From contig MU004231.1 of the NCBI GenBank assembly GCA_010405405.1, forward strand, positions 608,153 through 672,152: DNA of 64,000 nucleotides, given 5' to 3'. The position numbers and the translations under genes were made by a program. This DNA is from Microthyrium microscopicum (taxonomy: Eukaryota). The notes under the pieces are model-generated. The model was not told the origin of the DNA, searched no databases, and was given only the letters and a program-made list of their open reading frames with translations. Below, one piece after another: positions 11,465-24,051 of this stretch. Positions within the stretch are counted from its first letter, which is position 1, and each line of letters begins with the position of its first letter.

Positions 11465-13559
11465 GGGTCTTGGCAATACTAAGCGTTCAAGGCAATCTAT
11501 GTTTGATGCAATTGTATTGTATAAGTTAGCAAGTTGTTGTCAAGCTTGATGCTCAACTATAAAAACGGAGAGTAATTAATGATGTTCGTAGTATGAAGAG
11601 GTAGTGAGACACGGAAATATCTGCCTGCTTGTTATATATACTAGTGCTAACACTTAGAGAATGAGCAGTATCGGGCAGCAAACGATTCAACTGAGGGGTT
11701 CCAAGCAGTTCAAGATGATGACAATAGTAATGTAGCAATGGCGCACCTACTCATGCCTTCAGCCTGATGCAACTTGGTCTGTGGAGCCGTTGGTAGACCA
11801 GCAAAGGCGCGCATCCCATCTTTTGAACAGCAGAGCAGTGACAACCTTAGACTCATGTTTTACAAAAGAAGTCTTTCATGCCCAGGGTCCGACGAGAATT
11901 GGAGCAGCGCATCCCTAGATGCAGGTTATGTGTACCAAACTCAGGGTTATGGGAGTGATTGCGATAAAGTATCCATCTCTGCAAAAAAGGTCATTGTGCG
12001 AATCAGTCACAATGCCCATCAAGATGACTTCAAGTTGTTTCATGAGAGCACCCTTGGGCGGTCTAGAGTGGTTAGATACCCTCGTACTACTTGCGGACGC
12101 TTAGCCTCTTCTCTGTTATGTTCTGGAGCCACATATTCATTGTTATGCGACAAAGACTAAAGAAGATGAACATCTCGACCTGAGCGGAACGTACACTAGT
12201 TTACTTAAGATTGAACATACACATCGTCTCAAACAAGATCGATACATATGTTCGCATTGATTATCCCTTTCGAACGTCCATGGCTCTTCCAAAAGTCCTC
12301 GATCCCTGACAAATTTGTTTGCTACAACTCTTTTGACAAGATGTATCTTCATGTAACTTTCATCAATATTTCCCTCAGTTATGATTTGGTGACTCTTCCT
12401 ACGCTAGTCATTCGCAAAGATGGCAAAGCCGTCCTTCCCCTCGAAAAAGATATCGATTTGTCAGAACCAAGCGACACTTGCAAACATAAGAAGTTGTGTT
12501 TCACTCGTTCCGACCGTCCTGAAGGCTGCCCATGTGGACGGTTACTCTGGTTTCCTGTGACGACTTATCATTGAAGATTTGCTGCAAATTTAGCCTGAGG
12601 TAAACAAGTAGAATGGTTTTCTTTCCTGAACCTCATAATATGCGTCTACGCGCAATCACTGATTCCCATACCCACCGGTTTCGCAAAATCAAAATCTTTC
12701 CTTACATATCTACCAGAGCCTTCCATTCCAGAACCTCATGCTGATCTCGCCAAAGGGTTGCCAGAAACTTTTTTTGTGTCGAAACATGTCACCTCAGCCT
12801 GCCATGCTCACTGTCTCCAGTACCATAAGATAGTTGACCTAGAGGTGACCTAGAGATACCTGATTTGTAGGTTTCTACCAATATCAAGAAACTACCGGGC
12901 CTGCGAAGGTAGATTTGAGGATCGTTGAGGTAAGTACCTAGACAGTTTGTCAGTCGCTATCATGCTTAGGTTCACTGCTGCAACCTCGACCTCGAATTTG
13001 GATATTCAGTGCTGTCCATCTCTTAGAATCTCCAGTCTCCTTACCCACCACAGTTGGCCTTGGCTCCTGTCTGCCAACAACTTCAATGTTGTCAGTGGAC
13101 CTTTACGGGAACCTTTTTTATCGTGACAGCCACCTCAAAGCAACGCCTAGCTGAATTTCTCGAACCTCATTACAGGCTGCAGTTCTCGCCTCGCTCGGAT
13201 TGCTTAAGTGACTTTCCGCAATTCGAGACTACCTCAACATGGTAGGTGTTTACCTGAAGTGACAAGCGCAGACCGGTGGACAAGTTACTTGCTGTCTCCA
13301 ACCTCCAGCCTTTCCTTATCCAACTACTACTTAATCTCCTCACCTTTTGCCCCGTGCTCCACACTCCTCCAACACCCTTGAGCTGCCCGACTTGACAATC
13401 CGAATAATCTTTGGTTGTGTTGCGCAGTCCCCCTTCATATTTTTGTATTCTGCTACCCGAATACTTCTCACGCTCCTACTCTGTATTGACCCCAAACCTG
13501 GCCTTATTCACGTCCGTCCTACTTGCTTAAAGGGTGGAATTTCTTGAACCTGCAAAATT

Positions 13560-15020
13560 ATGGCTAGAAAGGTACCTATTATTCTATGGGCCCGGCTTCA
13601 ATCACTAACATTGACACAGCGGGCTTCCAGCAACTGTTCGAGCGACGAAGACTTCCAGCCGGATTCGAAGCGGCAGAAAGCTTCCAAAGCAAAAGCTGTC
13701 AAAGCCAAATCCTCCAAGCGCAATGATTCAGGAACGTCGGCTACCAAAGAAGGTGCCGTAGCAGCATCAGCGACACCTAGTCCACCACCAAAATCTTCCC
13801 ACTTCAACTTCGCGGCCCTTCCCAACGAGATCAAAGATCTGGTCTTAGATCAGTGCGATGGGAAAATGATTCGCGATCTTCGAAACACGAGCAAGACAGT
13901 CCGCAATTATGTTGACGACTATTGCATTGAACAACGAGTCTATTACCTGGACTTTGATTGGTGGCATCCAAAATTGCAGTATATTGTTCGCCGGGACACG
14001 AATGACATTGTGCTAAAGTATACGGCCAAAGGCGTAAGAAAAGCGACTGGTCGGATTATACGAGCACTTGAAGAAAACACACGTCCAAAGGGCCCATCTG
14101 ACCTAAAGTACTTGTCCACAGTTAAAGTGGTCTCTATACAGTATCTCAAGCGTCACATTACAATAGAGTTGGACAATTGGACCGGCCATATTTGCCAATT
14201 GCCCAAAGGTCATTCTTGCTTGACGATTACGAGCTTCCCTTGTTTGCTGAAACGTTGGTGTCCAAACTTGGAAGGCATCTGGAATCGGGATAAATACTAC
14301 AAAGTTGACTTCAATGCTTCGGGCGACGCAAAATGTTTCGTTCTGGTTCCAGATCCGCCAAACAAGATCACGCAGATGATTCTCAAGCCTATGGTGATGT
14401 TGCCAGAACTATCTGGTCCTTTGGCAATCATGCGGCATTGGCACACACGTCATCATCTGGCCAAGGCTGCTCGCCAGGATTACGATGAAAAGGATGACTA
14501 TGTCACCAACTCAGGTCTCCAACCGCGCGCATTGAAAAAGCACGTTGGGGAGCTTGAAGAGATCCGAGTTCGAAGAAACAAGGTTGTGAAATGGGAAGAC
14601 GACTTGAAGCAAGAACTGCATCGAACTATGGGCCTAGAGTATTCCGAGAAGTTCGTGCGTTTCGCTTTAAGGCTTGAGAGACAATTGGAAGACGCAATTA
14701 TCATCCCGTTGTCCAGGGACGAAATTCGCCGTTTTGAATATTCCGCCGCCAAGGAATTTCTATGTCAGCATAATATTGCATGGGGAGACTGTCCTTGGCC
14801 TGATGGAAAATACTTTTTGCGGGGCGATTATCGCACAGGCCGAAATCTCCCTACTGCTCGCGCATTGTTGGATATGGTGCGTGAGAGCAGCGATTATGCC
14901 GCGATCGTCACCAAGGAGTTCGCCTATTATTTCGATAAGTCGCTGGGACGATGGAAGACGAAAGACAAATACTCTGTGAGTCCATGGGCAAAGCAGCTTG
15001 GGATTGTACTGGAGGACTAA
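13560..15020 (+). CDS. F-box-like protein, paralog A (intron 13572-13619)
   Basis: FNFAALPNEIKDLVLDQCD...LRNTSKTVR is an F-box-like motif; collinear similarity over most of its length to the gene at 24052-25562. Confidence 0.75.
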   Translation: MARKVPIILWARLQSLTLTQRASSNCSSDEDFQPDSKRQKASKAKAVKAKSSKRNDSGTSATKEGAVAASATPSPPPKSSHFNFAALPNEIKDLVLDQCDGKMIRDLRNTSKTVRNYVDDYCIEQRVYYLDFDWWHPKLQYIVRRDTNDIVLKYTAKGVRKATGRIIRALEENTRPKGPSDLKYLSTVKVVSIQYLKRHITIELDNWTGHICQLPKGHSCLTITSFPCLLKRWCPNLEGIWNRDKYYKVDFNASGDAKCFVLVPDPPNKITQMILKPMVMLPELSGPLAIMRHWHTRHHLAKAARQDYDEKDDYVTNSGLQPRALKKHVGELEEIRVRRNKVVKWEDDLKQELHRTMGLEYSEKFVRFALRLERQLEDAIIIPLSRDEIRRFEYSAAKEFLCQHNIAWGDCPWPDGKYFLRGDYRTGRNLPTARALLDMVRESSDYAAIVTKEFAYYFDKSLGRWKTKDKYSVSPWAKQLGIVLED

Positions 15021-15183
15021 GTCGAGGCCGAAATTTGCTCTCATCAAGACCGAGTAGAGGCATGGAAAGGTTAATCGCTACGGTACATGAGCAGGTGTAT
15101 ATAGCATAGGACGCTCAAGAATTCCAGCGGTAGATTTCTATTGCCTTTCACTGGTAGAATTCTCAGTGACTTCATTGTTCTGA

Positions 15184-15627
15184 TCATTTAGCTCCAATAT
15201 AATTTGCCGCAAACTGCATGGACACCGTATACCCAAATGTCCCTAACCCGGCAACAACACCGACAGCAATATCGCTCAAATAGCTGTGATGCCTGAAAGG
15301 CTCCCGCTTATGTACATTTGAAATGTGGATTTCAACAAATGGGATCTCCACGCCACTGAGTGCGTCGCGAATCGCTACACTGGTATGTGTATAAGCTCCC
15401 GCGTTGATAATGATGAAATCAACCTTTTTTCTAGCCTCGTGTATACGGTCAACGATTGCACCCTCATGATTTGATTGAAAGGTAGATAATGTAAGAGACA
15501 GCTGGTCTGCTTGTTTGTGTGCCTCTGACTCTATATCAGCTAGAGTGGTTGTCCCATAGATTTCGGGCTGTCGAGTGCCGAGTAGGTTGAGATTAGGGCC
15601 ATTGATGAGAAGTATTGAGGGAGGCAT
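15184..15627 (-). CDS. qutE: Catabolic (type II) 3-dehydroquinate dehydratase
   Basis: [66 protein letters not shown]. Confidence 0.96.
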   Translation of the reverse strand: MPPSILLINGPNLNLLGTRQPEIYGTTTLADIESEAHKQADQLSLTLSTFQSNHEGAIVDRIHEARKKVDFIIINAGAYTHTSVAIRDALSGVEIPFVEIHISNVHKREPFRHHSYLSDIAVGVVAGLGTFGYTVSMQFAANYIGAK

Positions 15628-16123
15628 TTTTCAAATTTTGTGTGGTCCTCCAAAGGGGTGAAATTAGACTTGAAGATAATGTCAGTTGTCAAAATCTTTC
15701 CTTATGACTAGAGAAGTAGAAACGGAGGACAGCATAAAATCGTAGCCTCTTGTCGACTTTGATCCTAACGCATCCCATCTGCACCAAGCCCTGCGGACAA
15801 GGTCCAGCTCCGTTGCATATGCAAGTCAAGAAACTGTGGATCCCTTGAATAAGTTGGCCGTGGATAGCCGCCTAGATGATCTTCGACTATCACGACGTCA
15901 GGATTGAGTAGGAGGCAACAATCTCAAGCGGCCTAAATGAGAGCGACGTTCCGCTATCGGAAGACACATTTGAAAAGACAAGTTAGAGAATTTGGCTGGC
16001 GTTAACGAAGTAGTTCTCGCGGAATTTTCGAACACCAAATCCTTGCAGTAAACATCATAACCTTGCTATATGCATCACTGCCATACTGTATAAGATTCTC
16101 AAGAATAGAAGTCCCCAGCAGAA

Positions 16124-17300
16124 ATGAGCCTTGAAGAAGGAGAGTCCCTAGACAGAATATATGAGTTTGCGGTTCAACTGGGCAAAGATGCTGGCGCACG
16201 TCTCCTCACAGCTGCTACCAGAATGGCAAGCGGTATGGAGCGTTCCGCGGCCAAGCACAAAGCGAATGCTGTAGATCTTGTCACGGAGACTGATAAAGTT
16301 ATGTCCTCAAACCCATATTCCTGAGGTTTTGACTAACAACCTGATAGATATCGAGTCATTCATCAAAGAAAAGATCGCAAAAACGTTCCCCACCCACAAA
16401 TTCATTGGAGAGGAAAGCTATTCCGAAGGATCCTCGAGAGAATACCAGATTGGCGACGAGCCAACTTGGTGCATTGATCCTCTTGACGGAACGGTGAATT
16501 TCTGTCATCTGTTTCCGATGTTCTGTGTCTCCATTGGCTTCATACTGCGAGGGAAACCGACAATAGGGGTAATATATGCGCCGATGATAAATCAATTATT
16601 CTCTGCATGTGTCGGAAAGGGGGCCTGGCTGAACGAATCTCAACGCCTTCCGCTTATGAGAGAGCCTATACCAGAACTGCCGAAGAACGCTCCCGGTGGC
16701 TGTATATTTTCCTGTGAGTTTGGAAAACAGCGCAAGGATGGTCCAAATTCCAATTTTAGGAAGAAGATTGAGAGCTTTGTGAGCATAGCTTCGGACAAAA
16801 GGGAAACAGAGAAAGAAGGCGGTATGGCTCACGGAGTAAGATGTCTTGGAAGGTTGTATATTTCCTTTGTATATGTGACACTCGCTAATCAAGTCAATAG
16901 TGCCGCCATGGATCTTGCATATACTGCACTTGGCGCATTCGACATATGGTGGGAAGGTGGATGTTGGGAATGGTAAGCTTTCACCCAGAAGTGTCTAGAC
17001 CACGATTGACTGTTGTTTAGGGATGTGGCTGCAGGTATCTGCATACTTCAAGAGGCTGGTGGTCTAGTAACCACAGGCACTCCCCCAGGGAATGATCTCA
17101 ATATTGAAATAAGTGAGGTTGGTCTAGGCAGTAGGATGTACTTGGCGATTCGGTAAGTTTGTGGATTTCAGTCGTGAGCTAGGCTAATCAAATCTAGTCC
17201 AGCTGGCCCTTCAGAAGAGGAGACCGGATCGGAAGGTCAAGAGCGAGTTGTGAAAGCAATTTGGAAGCTAGTAAACACGCTGGATTATCCTCGACAATGA
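16124..17300 (+). CDS. qutG: Inositol-monophosphatase-family quinate cluster protein (QutG/QA-X), multi-exon
   Basis: DLVTETD, GEES, WCIDPLDGTVNF, WWEGGCWEW|DVAAG; divergent from qutE. Confidence 0.9.
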
Positions 17301-17436
17301 AATAGCTGAGCCAGAAATATATAAAGCTGCAACTAATGACACGGCATCAAAAACGAAGCTTATAATAGAATATCAATGGGTTGTATATATGCTCTCCCGC
17401 TCATCGGTCATACTAATCTTGTGCTATCAAAAAACC

Positions 17437-18457
17437 TCAGTGTCGCGATTGTTTGAGCTGCTCATGAATCACTGCCTTCACCTTTTCTACTGGCAATTCA
17501 GCCAGCGATTTCCCTGTCCATAGCTTTTGCTAAACTTTACTGTCAGTAATCGTTTTGGTGAAGCTCTAATTTTACGTCTACTGACCTGTTCAATGCCTTG
17601 ATATATCATAGCTTCCGTACCAAGGATCACTTGCCATCCACTCTTTTCTGCAATAGCTCCTAGCTCTGTCCATGGGCTTGGATGGTAGCACATCTCTAAA
17701 ATGGCGCCTTTTTGTTCTTTATTGAGCATAGCTTCAATCACACTCCGAGCCCGGATTTCTTCGGGTGTTGTGGGTGGAAAATCTGGAATGCAGCTGACGA
17801 TAGCACCTGGTGCTGCTAGTTCTTGCGCTTGCTCCACAGTCTCGACATGTATCAGATTCTGGCCAAACCCGATGGATTGACATTCTTGTATCACTTGGTC
17901 GACCTCGTCTTTAAATCTGTTGACGATATAGACCGGTTTGCAGTTCATCATGCGTCGTAGGGCATAGACTGCAGACCTAGCCGCGCCTCCGCTGCCAATC
18001 ACTAAACCTGGTTTACCATCTAGAAGCGATCGATCACTAACATTTTGATAGAATGACTCTCGAATACCAAAGACATCAGTGTTAGTGCCGATATATTTTC
18101 TTCTTCCCTGCTCTTCCCGAATGATGATGGTGTTCACCGCTCCCACCTCTCGACCTTCATCTGTGAGGCCATCAAGATGATCCATAATGGCAACTTTGTG
18201 AGGCATAGTCACCGCAGATCCTACTGTCGAGGTTAAAAGCATGATCCAGCCGTAAAAATATATATACACTTACCATAGCATTTCGGATTGCGAATGAATT
18301 CCAAAAACTCATGAATGCTCTTGCTTTCCAGGAAAGTGAACTTCCAAGGAATACCAAGGTCATCATAAGATGTTTGGTGAAATAGTGGTGACAATGAATG
18401 CGCTATAGGAAAGCCGAATAAGCATCCAACTCCTTCGGCTTCAACAGAGTGCGGCAT
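17437..18457 (-). CDS. qutB: Quinate/shikimate dehydrogenase (2 introns)
   Basis: [39 protein letters not shown]. Confidence 0.92.
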
Positions 18458-19673
18458 TTTGTTTTCTTTGAAGTGATGTGTATGACAAGAGTTGTGATGC
18501 TTGAAGAATAATGTGATTCGGCCAAGAAACAGACTAAACGAGACTACTAGAATGATGAGAGATAAGTTGAATTCAAACTCTTTGATCAACTTCGATGTTC
18601 TTTCCGGAGCTAGGCGAGAGTGACGAGCCCTGGAAATGCCCCCCGGAAAGAGCAATAGAGCTTCCTTTTGCTCTGCTCTCTGATTGATCAAGGAGCCCAG
18701 GCACAGATCCGAAATCGCAGCGGAATGTTCCGCACTCGTGGCGCTCTTTGACGTGCACACGATGGCGACTGGGGTCATTATCCGATCATCGATCCAAAGC
18801 GGAGGTGAAGGCGAAGAACATGGATTTGGGAAGATGAGGAAGATCGCGACTTCGTTTCCTTCGCTCTGATTCGCCATGAATTACTTCTATAAGCGATCAG
18901 GCGAGCTGCACGCTTTGAGCGATCACCAATTTTCTTGGATCCGAAATATGTACCTGTACATGTGCTTTATATATTTATCCGGTCCAAAGAAAGTCTAATT
19001 GTTACTTGCCTAGGGAGGCTTTTCGCGAATTCAGTTCAGTCAGTGCAAATGTTTTGTCTTGTACCTCAGCTATATACGATCACAATCAGATAGATAGTAA
19101 ACTTATGGATACTGTCGATAAACAAAGCCGATTTCAAAAACCATTCGAGCTCTGTAATTACAGTCACAAGTGTTGATGCCATTGCAAAGATACTGTACTT
19201 ATAAGTGTGGCTCAAAGCATCCATAATATGTCTTTAGGATGCAAAGATAGTGTTGGTATAGTACATGTAGAAATGCCGACTAGTTTCCCCGCAGAGCATC
19301 CAGACATCTGCTGTTTTTGCTTTCGTCATGCTGCTCCGCATACAAACTGGGGATTGAGTCAGTAGTGCGGAGGGAGCACCCGCTCTAGCCCTGTCTTCCT
19401 TGTTTCCGACAAACCCTTCGTTGGTTTAAAACGATTCTGATTGGAAGTTACGTGGCGGCTCCACGTGTGGATCTAGACTTTGCTTCAAAGCTACTGAGCT
19501 CTGCAGACAAACTTCCCCATGGGGATGACATGAAGAGAGACAATGGAGTGCATTAAGGTGGTTGATCGACCAAGGAATACTACACCAAGTATTAATATCC
19601 CCAGTCGCACCCTCGTTCGTGCTCCTTTCGATCACCAAATCATTTTCAATTTCTTTCCATACACAACATCAAC

Positions 19674-21444
19674 ATGGGTCTCATGACTTTGGTTGAAGAC
19701 AGGCCTACGCCTAAGGCTGTCTACAACTGGAGAGTGTATGCTTGTGCTGCTGTAGCATCTTTTGCATCTTGCCTTATTGGCTATGACTCGGCCTTCATTG
19801 GCACGACTCTGGCCCTACCATCCTTCACCAAAGAATTCAAGTTTGCGGAATTGAGCAAAGACCAACTAGCGTTGGTCAAATCCAATATCGTATCGGTTTA
19901 CCAAGCTGGTGCCTTCTGGGGTGCATTGTTTGCCTACGTCGTCAACTACTTCTGGGGAAGAAAATGGAGTTTGGTACTCTGGGCACTGATTGTTGTAGTT
20001 GGTGCTGGCATGAATCTTGGAGCAACCGGTGAGCGCGGCTTAGGACTGATTATTGGTGGCCGCGTTCTTGCTGGCATTGGCATTGGAGGAGCTTCGATGG
20101 TCGTGCCCATCTACATCTCAGAACTGGCACCTCCCGCGATTCGTGGTCGACTTGTTGGTATTTACGAGCTTGGTTGGCAGATGGGAGGCCTTGTTGGATT
20201 CTGGTATGTCTTATATGATTCGTTTGCTACAGCGATACTAACATTGATAGGATCAATTATGGACTCACAAAAACTATGGCTCCAAGTCATCGCCAATGGA
20301 TCATTCCCTTCGCCGTTCAACTCATTCCCGCTGGATTGCTATTCATCGGCGCCTTTTGGCTGAAAGAATCACCTCGATTTCTGCTAGCAAAAGGTAGAAG
20401 ACAACAAGCGCTTGATAATCTTTGTTGGATTCGAAATCTACCTGCTGATGACTTGTATATTGTCGAGGAGGTGGCTTTCATAGAAGCAGCACTTGATGAA
20501 CAACGCCGCGTCATTGGAGCTGGATTCTGGAAGCCTTTCCAAGCAGTCGCCAGAGACCGCATGACACAATGGCGATTTTTCTTAGGGGGAATGCTTTTTC
20601 TTTGGCAGAACGGTTCGGGTATCAACGCCATCAACGTAAGTGAACTAATTCTTTACTCTTTTTGTTGGGAATACAACTGACAGTCTATAGTACTACTCTC
20701 CAACCGTATTTGCCTCTATTGGTATTACCGGAACGAGCACTAGCTTCTTGACCACAGGCATTTTTGGTGTAGTCAAAACCACTCTGACTTTCGTCTGGTT
20801 GTTGTTCCTCATCGATAAACTTGGTCGCCGCAAGCTCTTAATGGGTGGCGCATTGGGTGGCAGTCTTTGCATGTGGTGGATCGGTAAGATCTCTCAAAGA
20901 ACTGATCTGAGTGCTTTAGCTAACGATTTCCCTAGGAGCATACATTAAGATTGCTGGAACCAAGCCATCTAGTTCTGGTCATCTGAGCTCCGGTGGCACT
21001 GCTACAGTATTCTTTTTCTACCTCTGGACTGCATTTTATACTCCAACCTGGAATGGCACTCCCTGGGTTCTTAATTCGGAGATGTATGATCAAAGTATCA
21101 GACCTCTCGGACAAGCCTGGGCATCTGCGAACAACTGGTTCTGGAACTTCATCATCTCGAGATTCACGCCACAAATGTTCAACTCCATGGGCTATGGCGT
21201 TTACTTCTTATTCTCTAGTTTGATGATTCTTTCCATCCCCTTTGTCTACTTCCTCATTCCAGAGACTAAGTCGATACCACTTGAGGCTATGGACAGACTC
21301 TTCGCTGTGAAACCAGCTAGCAAGGCTAACAAGGTTGTTCTGGATGAATTGAGGGATCAAGAAGCTGAATTTAGAGCTGATGCAAAAGATGCCGATTTGA
21401 GGGTTAAGAGCAACATGAAGGCTGAGTACAGAGAATCTGTATAG
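19674..21444 (+). CDS. qutD: Quinate permease (MFS sugar-porter family), multi-exon
   Basis: N-terminus MGLMTLVEDRPTPKAVYNWRVY typical of QutD/QA-Y; ISELAPPAIRGRL; WQNGSGINAIN; PETK. Confidence 0.93.
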
Positions 21445-22631
21445 ACCCAAAGATGGAAGAGGGAACTCTTGACTGGGTGATTGACACGATTAACGGACAC
21501 ATGTACTAGAACTTGTTATGGATTAGCGATTGTTCCTTTCCTTCTGTTTATCGATTTCGACAAGAGAAATATAGCTCTATGAAAGCACTACTACAAGTAC
21601 AAATAACAATAATTAACCACCATCATGCTTTTGTTTCTTGTTTTTGCTTTGAGCAGCAAGGTATCAATCTCAAGACACTTCCTCCTCCCCAGCAGTGCCT
21701 CTCAAATATTGCTTTTTGGAGAAATACTTCAGCAAAATACTCCTTAGTGATATGAAGCCAGTGCACGAGCATGGATGTGGTACAGTCCCACTGTCCCATA
21801 CACGTCATTGCTATGCTACCATTTTTCTGGGGAAAAGATGCTAATGTTGCCGGGACACGATATGATGTCTACGAATCTGAAAGTATCCTAGATGAGGGTC
21901 ATCGCAGCCCTCAACAAGGATGGACAGCAAAGATCGGATTCAGTAGGAGGACGCCGGTTAAGTTCTTATCCGGCCTTGAGCCTGGGCTTCTGTTTCCCCA
22001 AAGTAGGTGCTCAGCCGCCTCGTAGTTTACGCAAAGCTACGGCACCTTCCCGCGATGATGCATCTTTAGGTCCATAAAGCGTGAAATATAGAGCATATCG
22101 TGCATATCATTTAAAGTTACGTGCATTAGACCGCATCCAATTCGGTGGTAGAGCCCAGGACAGCGGCTAATACCGGATTTATTTACAATCTTTATCCTGA
22201 CGTCTTGAAGTCCATGTTTATCTAAACTAATTTACTACTTTTTCTCCCCTCAAAGTGGCATAAAAATCGGTAGTTGATGCTGTTGCTGTTGCCGTTGCCG
22301 ATAACTCTCATGTCTTCGCGGAACGCGTTCCGTGCCCTGTATCCGATGTGACGTCTCAGCCTTGCCATATGATCTCCCAAGCAAACTCGCCCGAAACCCC
22401 GTTACACAGTACGAGGCTCTATTATTCACCTGCAATGCTTGGAGAGCAATAACCCGGGCATAGTCGTGGAGAACCGAAGACAGCCTTATCTACGGTAAAC
22501 AAGTCGGCATTTTCAACGCTTCATCAGAGTGCACCAGATCTCCCCAAATCCATTTACATCTTTCCGAATCGTACTTCGAAACTCATTTCATCTTGCCACT
22601 AGATCCTAACACTCTGTCATCGGCTATCAAA

Positions 22632-23666
22632 ATGCGTCACACTGCTGCCATCTCCTCAATGTCGCTTGGGAGAGCCTGGCTTCATGATCTCCCTCACAAG
22701 CTAGACCAAGCCAAGAGATACGGCCTCAAAGGCATCGAACTATTCTACGAAGACCTCGAGTATGTGGCCAAAGATTTCCCAGGCGAAACAAAAGATTCCA
22801 GCCTCATAGCTGCTTCCAGACATGTTCGGACTCTCTGCGATCAACGAGGCCTGGAGATCATATGTCTTCAACCATTCATGCACTACGAAGGATTGCGCGA
22901 CAGAGCCCACCATCAGCAAAGAGTAGCGGAGATGAAGCTCTGGCTCAAACTGGCCAATATCCTCGGAACTCAACTCATTCTCATACCCTCATCATTCCTG
23001 CCGGAGGATGAGATTACTGATGATTTGGATGTCATTGTTGCTGACCTGCGAGAAGTTGCTGAGCTAGGACTTGCAGAGTCACCGCCTATTCGGTTTGCAT
23101 ACGAAGCTCTATGCTGGGGAACATATATCAACACCTGGGAACAATCGTGGGATATCGTCACAAAGGTTGAAATGCCCAACTTTGGCATTTGCATCGACAC
23201 GTTTAATATTGCTGGACGGGTGTACGCAGATCCAGCATCCACATCTGGGACAACGCAAAACGCCGACGTCGATTCAATGATGTCTACACAAAGACTAAGA
23301 AACACATTAGACGTACGAAAAGTATTTCTGGTACAACTCGTCGACGCGGCGAGACTGAAGACACCCATGGGTCCGGGGCATGAGGAATACAACCCATCGC
23401 AAAAAGCGCGGATGAGTTGGTCCAGAGGCCACAGATTATTCTACGGGGAACAGCAGCTTGGTGGTTATCTACCGGTTCTTGATATACTTAAGGCTGTGTT
23501 AGATCTGGGATATGAGGGGTGGATCAGCGCTGAACTGTTCAATAATCTCATGTCCAATCCCGCGCCAGAAGTGCCGCAGACTTTGGCAAAACGAGCAGCT
23601 ATATCGTGGCAAAAGCTACTCAAAGATCTTGGCGCGAGAAGTCCACAAGCCGAGACAAGGCTATAG
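22632..23666 (+). CDS. qutC: 3-dehydroshikimate dehydratase (TIM-barrel, QutC/QA-4)
   Basis: AISSMSLGRAWLH, GIELFYEDL, LQPFMHYEG, FAYEALCWGT, CIDTFNIAGRVYADP, RMSWSR; cluster context. Confidence 0.9.
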   Translation: MRHTAAISSMSLGRAWLHDLPHKLDQAKRYGLKGIELFYEDLEYVAKDFPGETKDSSLIAASRHVRTLCDQRGLEIICLQPFMHYEGLRDRAHHQQRVAEMKLWLKLANILGTQLILIPSSFLPEDEITDDLDVIVADLREVAELGLAESPPIRFAYEALCWGTYINTWEQSWDIVTKVEMPNFGICIDTFNIAGRVYADPASTSGTTQNADVDSMMSTQRLRNTLDVRKVFLVQLVDAARLKTPMGPGHEEYNPSQKARMSWSRGHRLFYGEQQLGGYLPVLDILKAVLDLGYEGWISAELFNNLMSNPAPEVPQTLAKRAAISWQKLLKDLGARSPQAETRL

Positions 23667-24051
23667 CTTTGCCAGGCAATAGACCTTTCATTTGTACATT
23701 ATAAAGATTTGTGAGAATGAACTATATAAGAAATCCACCTCACTGAGCAAATCCCAAGCGCTTGAGTAGAGTCAAGTTGCATTTTGTCCGAAATGACTAT
23801 CTCATCTCGATGCTGATTTGCTAAAACTAGATGATAGCCGTGGTGAGTCTTGTCTCTCCCTTGATTGTGACTTGAAACCCCTGGTTCAACATTCCTAGAA
23901 CTGAGCATATCAACAGCATATTGAGCGGGTGTGACAGAGGTGAAAACCATGCCGCAAAGACCACACAACACTCCTTCATCAAAATGTTTGCATCCTGCGG
24001 TCAATAAATCGATACACTCTCCTCACGCCTTCACTCTATTCCTTAACAAAC

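Noticed and set aside
15628..22631. QA-1F/QutA binding sites in qut intergenic regions
   Set aside because: Only partial half-site matches were seen (e.g. TTTATCCG near 18974, CGGTAAAC near 22493); no full consensus.
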